Virus record (IMG/VR): IMGVR_UViG_3300020185_000014
Location: 32,001 to 96,000 of that record
Length of the DNA: 64,000 nt
Direction: 5' to 3' (one strand)
Source of the DNA: a virus
Shown here: positions 28,901-37,397 of the stretch, piece after piece
Layout of the letters: every line of letters starts with the position of its first letter
How positions within the stretch are numbered: the stretch's first letter is position 1
Position numbers and translations under genes: made by a program
Notes under the pieces: generated by a model
Seen by the model: the letters and a program-made list of their open reading frames with translations, nothing else
Databases searched by the model: none
What the model was told of the DNA's origin: nothing

Positions 28901-31186
28901 TTGAGTGACGCTGATGTCTTTAGCGTCGAACGTATTTGCATTAAGAACAACTTTGTACAATGTCAAAGCATTCTCGGGAGTTGCTTTGAATTTAGGATGT
29001 TCATCTTGCTCACCCATCAGTAACGAGAGTTCACCGTTCTGATCAATCAGCACTTTATCCGCTCTTGGTAAATAGTATTCAACATCCGCAGTTAAGTTAT
29101 TGGTGTTAGGCGGCAACTCTTTAGTGTTAACAAACGTTCCGTCAGCATTTTTGTCTGGGCGAAAATCAATTACATTCCGCAGAGAAACTTTCGTGCCGTC
29201 TGTTTGTGTGTAAGTTGGAATATCTTTATAATCAATACCGCTGAAAGATTGCGAAGAATAAAAATTACCGGAAGACGTTCTTGTAAAATATTTAAACTTA
29301 ACAAAAATCGAAGTCGTCGGAGCGTCAGTCTCTTTTAGGATTAACCGCCCTTGCTCGTAGTAGTTATCTCGCTGTCCGTCGTCTAACGCAAACATAGGAG
29401 ATAGATCTTCGCCGCTAATATCGACAGCTGTAATTTGACTAACCGAGTAAATGTCGAAGAGACCGAGGTCGACATACCGCGTACCGTCCGAACCAGTCGT
29501 TAATGAATACGTTTGCTGATGTTCGACTAAATTCTTCATCGCAACCGCGCCGCTTGAATTGTTCACTACGGCATAGATTGTATAATTGATGTTTAAACTT
29601 AATCCTGATATTTGAGCAGTTCGATTGTTGTTCGAAAGCGTAACCGTCAATGCTTGTCGCGTTGTCGAATCACGGGCAGCGATCCAAGAAGATGTGTCTG
29701 TAAAAGATTCTGTTCCACTAACAGAAATCGTTGCAGTGCCCGATGAATTTGTTAGAGATACGAACGCGCGTTGGGTGTTAATACTGATTGAAGTAATCGA
29801 TCCTGGTCTTGGTCTTGGCAATGAGAACAATAAATTGTCGTTCGCAGCATCTTGCATTTTCAGACCCTGTGCGGATGAAGCAACCACAGTAAAATATTTA
29901 CCTGTGTCTCCGACGCTGCGGATATCTCGTAATTGACCTGTGGTCATAACAACATCAAGAAGATATACTTTTAAATTCGCCCCATGCGTCTCGACCGATT
30001 TGATCTTTGCTGTGCCGGCGGCACCGGTAGCATTTGATGATGTGTATAAATTAACAGAACTGAATAACGATGGTAAACCTTGATTGCCGTCGGCGATTAG
30101 ATAATTTCCATAATCAACATTAATTGAATTGTTTTGTACTGTTTGAGTTTTGGTTGGTTTCGGAAACACTAACCGAGTCGACGATGGCGTGTGCGCTCTA
30201 TGACCTTTAACATATGCAGTACCAGCAGATACCACTAAATCTAATTTAGATGCATCTGTGTTATCTTCCATATGCATAAAGAACGGTTCTGAAATATAAT
30301 TACCAGATTCTTCAAACGTTCTTTGTGCGAGAAGATTTTTGATTTGATTATAACCTTCGAAAGAAGATACAGTATCGACAATGATATTATTCTCAACTGA
30401 CGCAACCTTGATGAAGGTTTCATCTGATTGCACGTCTGATTCTTCAACCAAGACTAAGTTGATTCTGTATCGATCTGCGCCAGGAGATGAAGTGTTCGGG
30501 TTATCGCCAGCATTATCGTACAAAGTAGAATCGTCGTCGACAGTTACAATATCCTGTACTACTTTATATCCAACTGAAGCATTGATACCGCTGCTTGTAT
30601 ATTTGCTCAAGAAAATACTTTGTTTACTAGCATGGACAAAATGACCGACCGCAAAAAAGTCACCCTCGTCGATGGTAAATTCTGTTCCGCTTCCGACTTC
30701 AGAGACGGTCATTGACCAACCGCCGCCGACTAAGATCTCTCCAGGAATAAATTCTGTGGTGGTTGCGCCCGTATTTTCAGTACCCTGTGAAATGTATTGG
30801 ACATAAACTGTATTTGGATCAGAGTTCGCTGCAGAAACAGCAAGGATTATCTTCGCCTCAATTCCCGCAGCACTGCCCGTGACTGTTAATCCAGCGGGTA
30901 TTGCCGAAAAAGAAGTTTGACCAGATGGCGCCGAGAAAGCAGAAATTTTAGCAAACCGTTTCTTCGAGTTAATGTGGGTCGAACCGGCATTAACCGCAGC
31001 GCCGCCTTTAAAGACGTTCTCGCCGAGTCTTTGCATTTCTTTTTGAAGGATAGTTTGAAGTTGCGTTAATTCTCTTGCTTGCAGCGCTTTGCCGCTCCTG
31101 AAAAGAATTTTATGAAATCCTTTTTCTTCGTCCCAATCATCCTTATAGGTTGTTGAGAGAGTATTCTTATTGTACGTCGTTGGCAT
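25919..31186 (-). CDS. Large VrlC/DUF4815-like virion (baseplate-associated) protein
   Basis: Y.DD..KGFHKILFRSG.ALQARELTQLQTILQ, PGADRY, RT.EESGNY, RYTM.DI..LE, GFVVD.F, P.AQSF. Confidence 0.8.
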   Translation of the reverse strand: MPTTYNKNTLSTTYKDDWDEEKGFHKILFRSGKALQARELTQLQTILQKEMQRLGENVFKGGAAVNAGSTHINSKKRFAKISAFSAPSGQTSFSAIPAGLTVTGSAAGIEAKIILAVSAANSDPNTVYVQYISQGTENTGATTTEFIPGEILVGGGWSMTVSEVGSGTEFTIDEGDFFAVGHFVHASKQSIFLSKYTSSGINASVGYKVVQDIVTVDDDSTLYDNAGDNPNTSSPGADRYRINLVLVEESDVQSDETFIKVASVENNIIVDTVSSFEGYNQIKNLLAQRTFEESGNYISEPFFMHMEDNTDASKLDLVVSAGTAYVKGHRAHTPSSTRLVFPKPTKTQTVQNNSINVDYGNYLIADGNQGLPSLFSSVNLYTSSNATGAAGTAKIKSVETHGANLKVYLLDVVMTTGQLRDIRSVGDTGKYFTVVASSAQGLKMQDAANDNLLFSLPRPRPGSITSISINTQRAFVSLTNSSGTATISVSGTESFTDTSSWIAARDSTTRQALTVTLSNNNRTAQISGLSLNINYTIYAVVNNSSGAVAMKNLVEHQQTYSLTTGSDGTRYVDLGLFDIYSVSQITAVDISGEDLSPMFALDDGQRDNYYEQGRLILKETDAPTTSIFVKFKYFTRTSSGNFYSSQSFSGIDYKDIPTYTQTDGTKVSLRNVIDFRPDKNADGTFVNTKELPPNTNNLTADVEYYLPRADKVLIDQNGELSLLMGEQDEHPKFKATPENALTLYKVVLNANTFDAKDISVTQVDHRRYTMADIRDLENKVDKLEQSTSLSFLEMESKLSQLFDSDGELRLESGFVVDDFSDQIGSDTGSKEYSGAIDPESKTLRPGFDEDNIRLVIDNGSSSGVVVRGDNVYLSYDSASWKFNTLASKSIAVNPFNSHAYVGELTLSPASDDWKQTGVGSNHAIDGATRFDTNEALLWNEWEWNWSGRSGEDLHQPAESVYPRNQNGVGARAGLPAKDTYTSSAAKPSDRHSSAGHVNRVFFSETIRTRYGNNYVDVALVPWIRSKKVFFKVSGLKPNTRFIPFFDGKRFDDWCREESTFVRVSETNDDLGGTYADLGIVSHPDGSTPLVSDQKGEIIGSFFIPSTTTNRFRAGRKEFKLLDITTNDYNAAGSKAVAHYTTAGVFDNNQQNVTSTRDVEPVSAVYSNTSMPISYRGRDIRNYLDGIDPADIMLEQPHLIGENQQAVAGVNPSTYAANMSAILSDYVNTDTNQLSLTSTDAVSVSENPMAQSFYVDNQFGVVLTKIDLFFSAKDDYLPVMLKLRPIINGAPSTEIAVPGSSVVVNSADVNVVVETSSTLLATVASSPTSFVFEEPIYLSPWTEYALVVSSPSSDYKIYVGDVKDYVLGSTSKKVASQETTGQFFMPQVGTTWNPSGAMNLMFSTSRASFKTNGSLLLNNASVPGKLLKENPIKTTNGSDVVTVKHMCHGLDVGEQAIISGLTPTTTYAGIIGSALNGNHTITAAGIDGYSFNVGTSATLSSYVGGTKVVAGRNIQFDVLNVKSDNIIPNSTSVVVSSKLSTGKSISGSETKYVQDTFFSRISSNENNTYANPRIIANGTNETAYMSGNSSATIKVDLKSGNDYVSPVVDLQRCSLTLVGNCIDNNSNLDTVSETDPRDGTAAAKHITNVYDLVNDAVGAQVLFKYNLPPEADIEVYYRTGTDGQNIRDLNWVSIATESRLVHSASASAFSEAEALPGGIGGTLPSFNRAQFKIVMKSTNSSAVPMIKDLRIKFLAT

Positions 31187-31194
31187 ATGTCACC

Positions 31195-32571
31195 TTACAG
31201 TTTAATTACAACTTTAACATCTTCAGTTTGATTTGGATCTCTAGTCACTGCCGCGATGTTGTTAATATAAATCATGTCACCAGAATATATATCAATATCT
31301 GGAGCAATGATTCCACCGGCCGGAAGCAATGTTCCTGACCCAGATCCCGCCCCCTCTTCTGCAGATATTGTTTCCCCTGCGTTAAAAGGCGTGAAACCTG
31401 TTGTTTGATTTTGATAGATCCACGCCATAGTATCATAATGAACCAAGTATGCTTTAGCGCCGGAAGTTTGCCCGACGATTACGCGGTCGCTCAAGAAATC
31501 ATTGGTTACACTAGCAAATTGTAATTTCTGCATGGCATTACCAGATTGATCGGTAAAATTCGCACCAAGAACTGAATTGTATTCTTTGGGGTTTTTAATT
31601 AATGCGACTTGTCTAAAATCATTTTCGGAAAGTATCGTACCGTTTTCTGTGTTTTCAAAATCCGAGTGAAACATCAACGCGTCGCATCGTAATGATTTAG
31701 TCGGGTCTGCTGAAACTCCAGCAGACGGTCCAAGAACAGCACGAACAGAAGCGCCGGATCCATTTCCAATGACCGTAACTTTAGAATTTTTATAACCCGA
31801 ACCATTTAAAACATTACCCGCACCGTCTAAATCTAATTTAACATGCGTAATTACACCGCCAGATAAATTTGCAGTAGCGCTCGCGCCGATGCCGCCCTCG
31901 GTAAAAACCAAATTAACGGTTCCGCTGTAACCCGATCCACCATCCAACACTTCAACACCGAGAATCGCGCCGGAGACTGCATCATCTTGTAATCTTTTTT
32001 GTTCTATTTCCACAGCAGATATTGCCGCATCATCGCTAGCGATGTGTTGAACGGGAATAAAATTACTCGTCATGAAACTGTTAGCATCTCCTGGTCCGAC
32101 TTGATACATGTATTGCCAAACATATCCGTCTGATGTGCTGAACGGTTGCGATTCAACACCCGTGGGTTTAACAGTAGAAGGAATGGCGCCGCCAACCGTG
32201 TTTTTCGCTTGTTCTAAACACGCGTAGACTCGAAGGTTGTCGTTCATGACATAATAAGGGTTCGCAGAAACATTGATTTCGCTCAACTGGTCGCTGTATG
32301 CGTAATACGTTGTTTCCGAAGTCCAGTTAACGCGGGGAATGACCAGCGATGAACCGAAAACTTTTTTATATGACATCAATGAATGTCGAGTCGTCTGTAC
32401 AAAACTAAAAGCAGCAATATCGCTGTCTGCTGTTACTGGGGGAGTATCGGTAGCATTCCAAACATCAGAACGCCCGATCGCAAGATAATAATTATCCTGT
32501 CCGTCCAGAACATTCGTTTTTAACGATTGGAGAAGGTTGCTTTTGAATGAATAAGTAACTGTCGCGGTCAT
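31195..32571 (-). CDS. gp8: Baseplate wedge subunit; start revised to MTATVTY
   Basis: YYLAIGR..W, IPRVNW, YYVMN..VY.CL, DGYVWQYMY, NDFRQVALIKNP, QTEDVKVVI. Confidence 0.9.
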   Translation of the reverse strand: MTATVTYSFKSNLLQSLKTNVLDGQDNYYLAIGRSDVWNATDTPPVTADSDIAAFSFVQTTRHSLMSYKKVFGSSLVIPRVNWTSETTYYAYSDQLSEINVSANPYYVMNDNLRVYACLEQAKNTVGGAIPSTVKPTGVESQPFSTSDGYVWQYMYQVGPGDANSFMTSNFIPVQHIASDDAAISAVEIEQKRLQDDAVSGAILGVEVLDGGSGYSGTVNLVFTEGGIGASATANLSGGVITHVKLDLDGAGNVLNGSGYKNSKVTVIGNGSGASVRAVLGPSAGVSADPTKSLRCDALMFHSDFENTENGTILSENDFRQVALIKNPKEYNSVLGANFTDQSGNAMQKLQFASVTNDFLSDRVIVGQTSGAKAYLVHYDTMAWIYQNQTTGFTPFNAGETISAEEGAGSGSGTLLPAGGIIAPDIDIYSGDMIYINNIAAVTRDPNQTEDVKVVIKL

Positions 32572-32584
32572 TATTACGTTCTCT

Positions 32585-33016
32585 TTAAATGATATTGATT
32601 GTATTTCCCATCGCGGGATGATTTGTACATTGATAATAGAGTGTCGATGGGGCAGACATTGTCGGGGTAAAAATAACGGTTCCTGTATCATCAGCGTTGT
32701 TCGAAACGCCGGTATTGTATGCTGCGCCGCCGTTCGACGATCGTATTTCTAATGGATGCCCGCTCGCGTTGACGATAAAATTATAAGTGCGCCCTCTTTG
32801 CAAATACAATACCGGATTGTTTTCGTTTGTTATGAAAAGACGAGTATCCGCTTGGAAAGTATATGCAGATGCGCCGCCCGCAGTTATATTAAAACTGGAC
32901 TCGAGCGCGCTATAAACTTCATCAAAGTTGTTATTAACTTTAACTGCGCCAGACCGTAGCGTATCGCCGGTTCCATCATTTGCCGAAACACCGACATCGA
33001 TTAATTGTTTTGCCAT
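32585..33016 (-). CDS. Mini virion protein: gp9/gp10-type N-terminal anchor plus cupredoxin-like domain
   Basis: MAKQLIDVG..ANDGTGDTLR....K.N.NF.EVY; GHP..YYQCTNHPAMG. Confidence 0.7.
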   Translation of the reverse strand: MAKQLIDVGVSANDGTGDTLRSGAVKVNNNFDEVYSALESSFNITAGGASAYTFQADTRLFITNENNPVLYLQRGRTYNFIVNASGHPLEIRSSNGGAAYNTGVSNNADDTGTVIFTPTMSAPSTLYYQCTNHPAMGNTINII

Positions 33017-33040
33017 TATTTTTGACCCATTATCAAAATT

Positions 33041-33048
33041 TATTTATA
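33041..33048 (-). promoter_or_regulatory. T4-type late promoter TATAAATA
   Basis: Exact consensus, intergenic. Confidence 0.85.
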
Positions 33049-33051
33049 TCG

Positions 33052-34869
33052 CTATTCGGTGACCACACCAGAAACAGCGCTCAGACTTGCGTCGAAATTT
33101 AATATGCTATTTTTGCTCGGAACAATTGCGCTTTCGTTATCAGGCATGACGCTGATATAAATGCTGTTTGTTCCGGAGACATAACCTTGCGGCAAGAACC
33201 CGACGAGTTTAACTGTTCCTGTGCTCGGTACAACCTCCCCGACGTTGTCAACCATGACGATATCATTCGCCACATCAATGACCTGTAAAATATCGCTATT
33301 TACTTTGTTCTTGATAACGCAGTTTTTGTTGCCATATAAGAAAATAGTTGAAGTGACTGTGGTATTTGCATTGAGGTCGCTAATAGCATCAGGATATACC
33401 AAGGTATAATCTTTCGCTACACCAGCAATGAACTTCAACTGCTGGTTCATCTTAATTGTTGCTCTGGAGGAAAGAATCGCGGCGTTGTTTTCGTCGATGT
33501 AAGTTAACAGGTTCGATCTTCGGAATGCGATACCGAAATTACCGATTGAATTATCGGTAAAGAAATTCCCGATGGCAGTCTTGACTTCAGTTTCAAGCGT
33601 AGAAGGCGAACCAGATAGTGCACCTTCGTTATATTGGAACACGCAAGAAATTTCTATATTGGTAACTGAAGGTTCGACAAACTTAACACCGAAAGAAAGA
33701 ATGCCGAGTTGATTCGACAGCGTTATGATATTTGCTTCGAGTTCGCTTACTCTTGTCTCATAGTCCGACGAAGACGCGTCAAAGGTATCGACAAAAGAAA
33801 TATAAACGTTACCGAAATCTGGATTATCGTTGTCTTCACCGCCCCAGCATTCCACTGATGAAATTAATGCGGGGAATTCTCTTTTAATCAGAGAAGCATA
33901 GTCTGAAGAAGTAACCATTCTGTTTTGAGTTGAATATTGAAACGGCGCGTTTTTTCTAATTGATTCGATTGATTCTTTATCTTTACCGCCATATGATGCA
34001 TTACTTGTAGCGACTAACGTTGATGTGAAAGAACCCGATGGATACTCAACTGGGGATACTGGCGTATCAGAAATGAATACACTCGCGCCATTGCCGTCAC
34101 TTCCGGCAACGGAAAAATACTCGACCACAACTTTATTTCCGGCGGATGGAACATCGCCCAACGTTCCGCCGTTCCCGAAAGATAGTTCGAAGTGCCCGTT
34201 GGGCGCTTCTTTAAGAATATAGATTCTCGATGTAACGTTCAAATCAGAAGATAATTTGATGTTAGTGTAACGAACGAAGTTATTAGATGTCGGAGAATCA
34301 AAAACCTTTATACTGACGCTATCCATATCAACGCTTTCATCTGGGATAACATAGACGCTATTCGTTTCGCCAAAACCGACATTAAACGTTTTGGTTTTTA
34401 ATTCGCCTTCGTAAAATGTTAGATTTTCCCAAGTGTAATTGCCAGAAACCGAAGCATTAGAAACAGCAGACGACCTTGTTCTGAATGTATAGATCTTCTC
34501 TTCGAGAGTGGAGGTGATAGAAAATCCTGCAGGCAAGGTATAAGTCGATGGTGCTCCGACCCTGCCATCGTTGATAGATATGTTCGCATTGAATTTTGCG
34601 GAAGATTTAGTTCCAGGAATATACCCAACATTCGTCGCAAGGCCGACTAGAGAAGAACGTAATTGAGCAGTCGAAATGTATGATTCGTTAAGCGCGAAAT
34701 TTGCAGTTAATGCGTTGAAGTGTGTATTATACGCGAGAACATCTAACAAGTTAGACAGTCCCGATGCTTCAAAATTATAATCCGCAAATTCTTCTTTATT
34801 GAGAAACTGCTTTAGATTGTTTTTAATTGATGTGAAATCTAAACCAGTAGTATTAATCGTTGTCGCCAT
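33052..34869 (-). CDS. gp6: Baseplate wedge subunit
   Basis: LDF..IK.NL, DYNFEASGLS.LLDVLAYNTH, ES.ESIR.NAP..QNRMVT..DY, WGGED. Confidence 0.95.
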   Translation of the reverse strand: MATTINTTGLDFTSIKNNLKQFLNKEEFADYNFEASGLSNLLDVLAYNTHFNALTANFALNESYISTAQLRSSLVGLATNVGYIPGTKSSAKFNANISINDGRVGAPSTYTLPAGFSITSTLEEKIYTFRTRSSAVSNASVSGNYTWENLTFYEGELKTKTFNVGFGETNSVYVIPDESVDMDSVSIKVFDSPTSNNFVRYTNIKLSSDLNVTSRIYILKEAPNGHFELSFGNGGTLGDVPSAGNKVVVEYFSVAGSDGNGASVFISDTPVSPVEYPSGSFTSTLVATSNASYGGKDKESIESIRKNAPFQYSTQNRMVTSSDYASLIKREFPALISSVECWGGEDNDNPDFGNVYISFVDTFDASSSDYETRVSELEANIITLSNQLGILSFGVKFVEPSVTNIEISCVFQYNEGALSGSPSTLETEVKTAIGNFFTDNSIGNFGIAFRRSNLLTYIDENNAAILSSRATIKMNQQLKFIAGVAKDYTLVYPDAISDLNANTTVTSTIFLYGNKNCVIKNKVNSDILQVIDVANDIVMVDNVGEVVPSTGTVKLVGFLPQGYVSGTNSIYISVMPDNESAIVPSKNSILNFDASLSAVSGVVTE

Positions 34870-34871
34870 TA

Positions 34872-35324
34872 TTATCTTAACCTCGATACTGTCGTTTCAA
34901 ATGTCACAGACTCTGACATTCCCAAAATAGAAAATTGAATTGAAACCGAAATTGCATTTAACTCGGGTCGGGCGTTGACTTCTATATCTAGAACCTTCGC
35001 GCGCGGTTCGTGTTTCTCAATTGCTCTTATAATGTTTTGTTTTATTTCGGACTCTGCGGTCTCCCCGCCTGATAACTCAAAAAGAAAATCGTTCAGGTTC
35101 GCTCCGAAAGAAGCATTGAACGGGCGCTCTAAGTTATTAGTTAGAAGTAAATTTTTGATCGCTTGTTTGACTGCCGCAGCGTCTTTCTTCTTATATATGT
35201 CCCCAGTGTTCGTATTTTTAGCGAACGTGAGGTCAATATCTTTATAGGTGCGAGTTATTGACGTCTGCAAACTGACTGTCTGTAAGTCTTCATCTTCATT
35301 CGCTAATATTTTTATTGTTGACAT
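34872..35324 (-). CDS. gp25: Baseplate wedge subunit / sheath initiator
   Basis: YKDIDL.F, AVKQAIKNLLLTN..ERPF..FG, EPRA. Confidence 0.92.
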   Translation of the reverse strand: MSTIKILANEDEDLQTVSLQTSITRTYKDIDLTFAKNTNTGDIYKKKDAAAVKQAIKNLLLTNNLERPFNASFGANLNDFLFELSGGETAESEIKQNIIRAIEKHEPRAKVLDIEVNARPELNAISVSIQFSILGMSESVTFETTVSRLR

Positions 35325-35350
35325 AATTCAAAGAACAATTGATTTAAAGT

Positions 35351-35358
35351 TATTTATA
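35351..35358 (-). promoter_or_regulatory. T4-type late promoter TATAAATA
   Basis: Exact consensus upstream of gp25. Confidence 0.85.
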
Positions 35359-35361
35359 CTA

Positions 35362-35949
35362 CTATGCAGGAAGAATTTCAATCAATTCGTTTTTTGATTG
35401 TAGTTTTCCATTATAGGTTGTTTCTATTTTCTGTTTAAAGGAAATGTCGAATGATGCTGGAACTGTCGGCATTGCAAGAACAACCTGACATGAAAGTTTA
35501 TTGCTAGGATCGAACGTATCATAGTCCAAAACCAGTTTATCAAATTTAAGATAATCTTTCCAATAAACCGCAAGGTCGAACGATTTACGCAAGTCGATTA
35601 CGCCTTTCTTGTCAATCAACTGGTAGACTACTGCTCTTCCGGTTTTCTTTAAATCGTTAATCGAATTCGGAGTGACCGTTTCTTTTAGCGTTGGTCGGTA
35701 AACTCCCTCGGCAACAATTAGGCGATGGGAACTGAAATTATTGTTCTTATTGACCATTAACATCGCTTCAGCATGAAGATATAGTTGTCGTGCTACTTGG
35801 GCGCGGTCCACTTCTATCTGTTCGAATTGCGTACGAGTTCCGGCACTTCCCAAGAATTTAGCGCAAGTGATGCCTGGACCGAGTTTAGTCGACGACGAAA
35901 TTGCGCTTTGGTGATTCGGATTATACTTCGGATCAACTAGATAAATCAT
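35362..35949 (-). CDS. Spike-associated protein, possibly a degenerate peptidase M15-like fold
   Basis: Follows the gp5 C-terminal gene; GVYRP..G.AV..FDKLVLDY pattern without evident Zn ligands. Confidence 0.45.
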   Translation of the reverse strand: MIYLVDPKYNPNHQSAISSSTKLGPGITCAKFLGSAGTRTQFEQIEVDRAQVARQLYLHAEAMLMVNKNNNFSSHRLIVAEGVYRPTLKETVTPNSINDLKKTGRAVVYQLIDKKGVIDLRKSFDLAVYWKDYLKFDKLVLDYDTFDPSNKLSCQVVLAMPTVPASFDISFKQKIETTYNGKLQSKNELIEILPA

Positions 35950-37397
35950 TGTATCTTAAACCTCTTGCTCTTCTTATCTAATGGATTGTTCCCGATAATT
36001 TGCTGTCCGATCTTGCTGTTGCCGTATTGACCTTCAACCCTGCCAATGTTCTTAGGCGCAGTGTTGCTGAATTGAGAAGAGAGTTTACCTTCCGACACAA
36101 GATTAGATGTGAACTTAGAATTCTTCAAATTCGCAGGATCTCTAAGTTTAGATCTGATCTCGTGAATCGTGGGATCGCGATCGAACAAATCTTGATAATC
36201 GTCAGTCTTTAGAATCTTAGATATTAATGAATTAGGATCATCGATTGTCGTATCTATTTGTACATTCCTAATCGCATAATTGCTAATAGAAAGGTGGGGG
36301 ATTACCAACGCAGCGCTGGGCATCGGGGCAGTGGTTGGGATTGTAGCGAACGGCATCACGGTCGGATAAGATCCTGGAGACCCAGACGGTCCGTCTGGAG
36401 CGCTTTTTGCAGCATCTGCTTGTTTTGCCCAACCCGCTTTGTTAGCAAAATCACTAGTGATCGCTTCTTGCGCTTTCCCGATCAAGGTGCCGTAGAACGT
36501 TGTGCCTCCTGCTCCAGACCCCCCAGGAGGTCCAGCAAACGCTTTGCCGTAATGGTCGACTAATTGCCCGCCGATAGTTCCTTTAGCGCCCATGACGCTA
36601 ATATTCATTCCAGAAATATTTGTAGTTTGCGAAGATGCTGCCCACTCGAGCGCTGCCGTAGTAACCAACGAACCGCCTGATGTAAACTCAACGTTCCCTT
36701 CAACAAAATTCTTTTGATCGCCTTTGACCAACAGGTTGTTCTCGCCTAGTATGGTATCGGTATTGGTTCCGACTACTTGACTGCCGCGCGAACCTTTAAT
36801 AACATAATTCTGATTCCCATCAACATTTTTTATATGGTTGTGGTTAATGGTTTCGGTTTTATTACCTGCAGTCGTGACATTAATATTACCACCGACTTCT
36901 AAGTTATAATCTCCAGTGACTTTCACTGTCAAATTACCTTTATAGATTAAGTTTCCCTCGCCCTCAACAATAACAGTATGATCGTCGCCAGTTACTTCAA
37001 CCTTCTTATCGACCGACGAAAACAAAACACTGCCGTCGGCGCGAAGTTCAATACCCGATCCGGACTTGTGTTTAATTAACACTCGCTCGCCGCCAGGAGT
37101 ATCGTCCACCAACCACACATGACCTGCTGGCGTTTCAGAAACTTGACTGTGGGGGTACTGGGACGGGTTCTGTTCAGTTGTAATTGTTTCTACTGCAGTA
37201 TCGCCCCCGAAAGATTTCAGGTTATGTACGGTTTCGCCTTTAGCAGATTTATTGATCGAGTTCCCGAAGAAATATCCTTGACGAGGATACTCACCAGACG
37301 CGTCAATAAATCCATCAGCGGCGATACCTTCACTGTTCTCTCTCGCTTCGCCGATCGTTGCGAGGCGGTTCTTTAAATTATCTGTTTCGGTTGTCAT
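35946..37397 (-). CDS. gp5: gp5 C-terminal part (spike beta-helix)
   Basis: YPHSQV.ET.AGH....DDTPGGER....HKSG; VxGxxxxx repeats (VTGD, VEGE, VGGN, VDGN). Confidence 0.85.
   Translation of the reverse strand: MTTETDNLKNRLATIGEARENSEGIAADGFIDASGEYPRQGYFFGNSINKSAKGETVHNLKSFGGDTAVETITTEQNPSQYPHSQVSETPAGHVWLVDDTPGGERVLIKHKSGSGIELRADGSVLFSSVDKKVEVTGDDHTVIVEGEGNLIYKGNLTVKVTGDYNLEVGGNINVTTAGNKTETINHNHIKNVDGNQNYVIKGSRGSQVVGTNTDTILGENNLLVKGDQKNFVEGNVEFTSGGSLVTTAALEWAASSQTTNISGMNISVMGAKGTIGGQLVDHYGKAFAGPPGGSGAGGTTFYGTLIGKAQEAITSDFANKAGWAKQADAAKSAPDGPSGSPGSYPTVMPFATIPTTAPMPSAALVIPHLSISNYAIRNVQIDTTIDDPNSLISKILKTDDYQDLFDRDPTIHEIRSKLRDPANLKNSKFTSNLVSEGKLSSQFSNTAPKNIGRVEGQYGNSKIGQQIIGNNPLDKKSKRFKIQ

Noticed and set aside
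32572-32691. Upstream start extensions in the ORF track (gp8, gp33, thyX, 10716, 48929, 55727, 63863)
   Set aside because: They overlap upstream genes; internal ATGs match family N-termini or have an RBS
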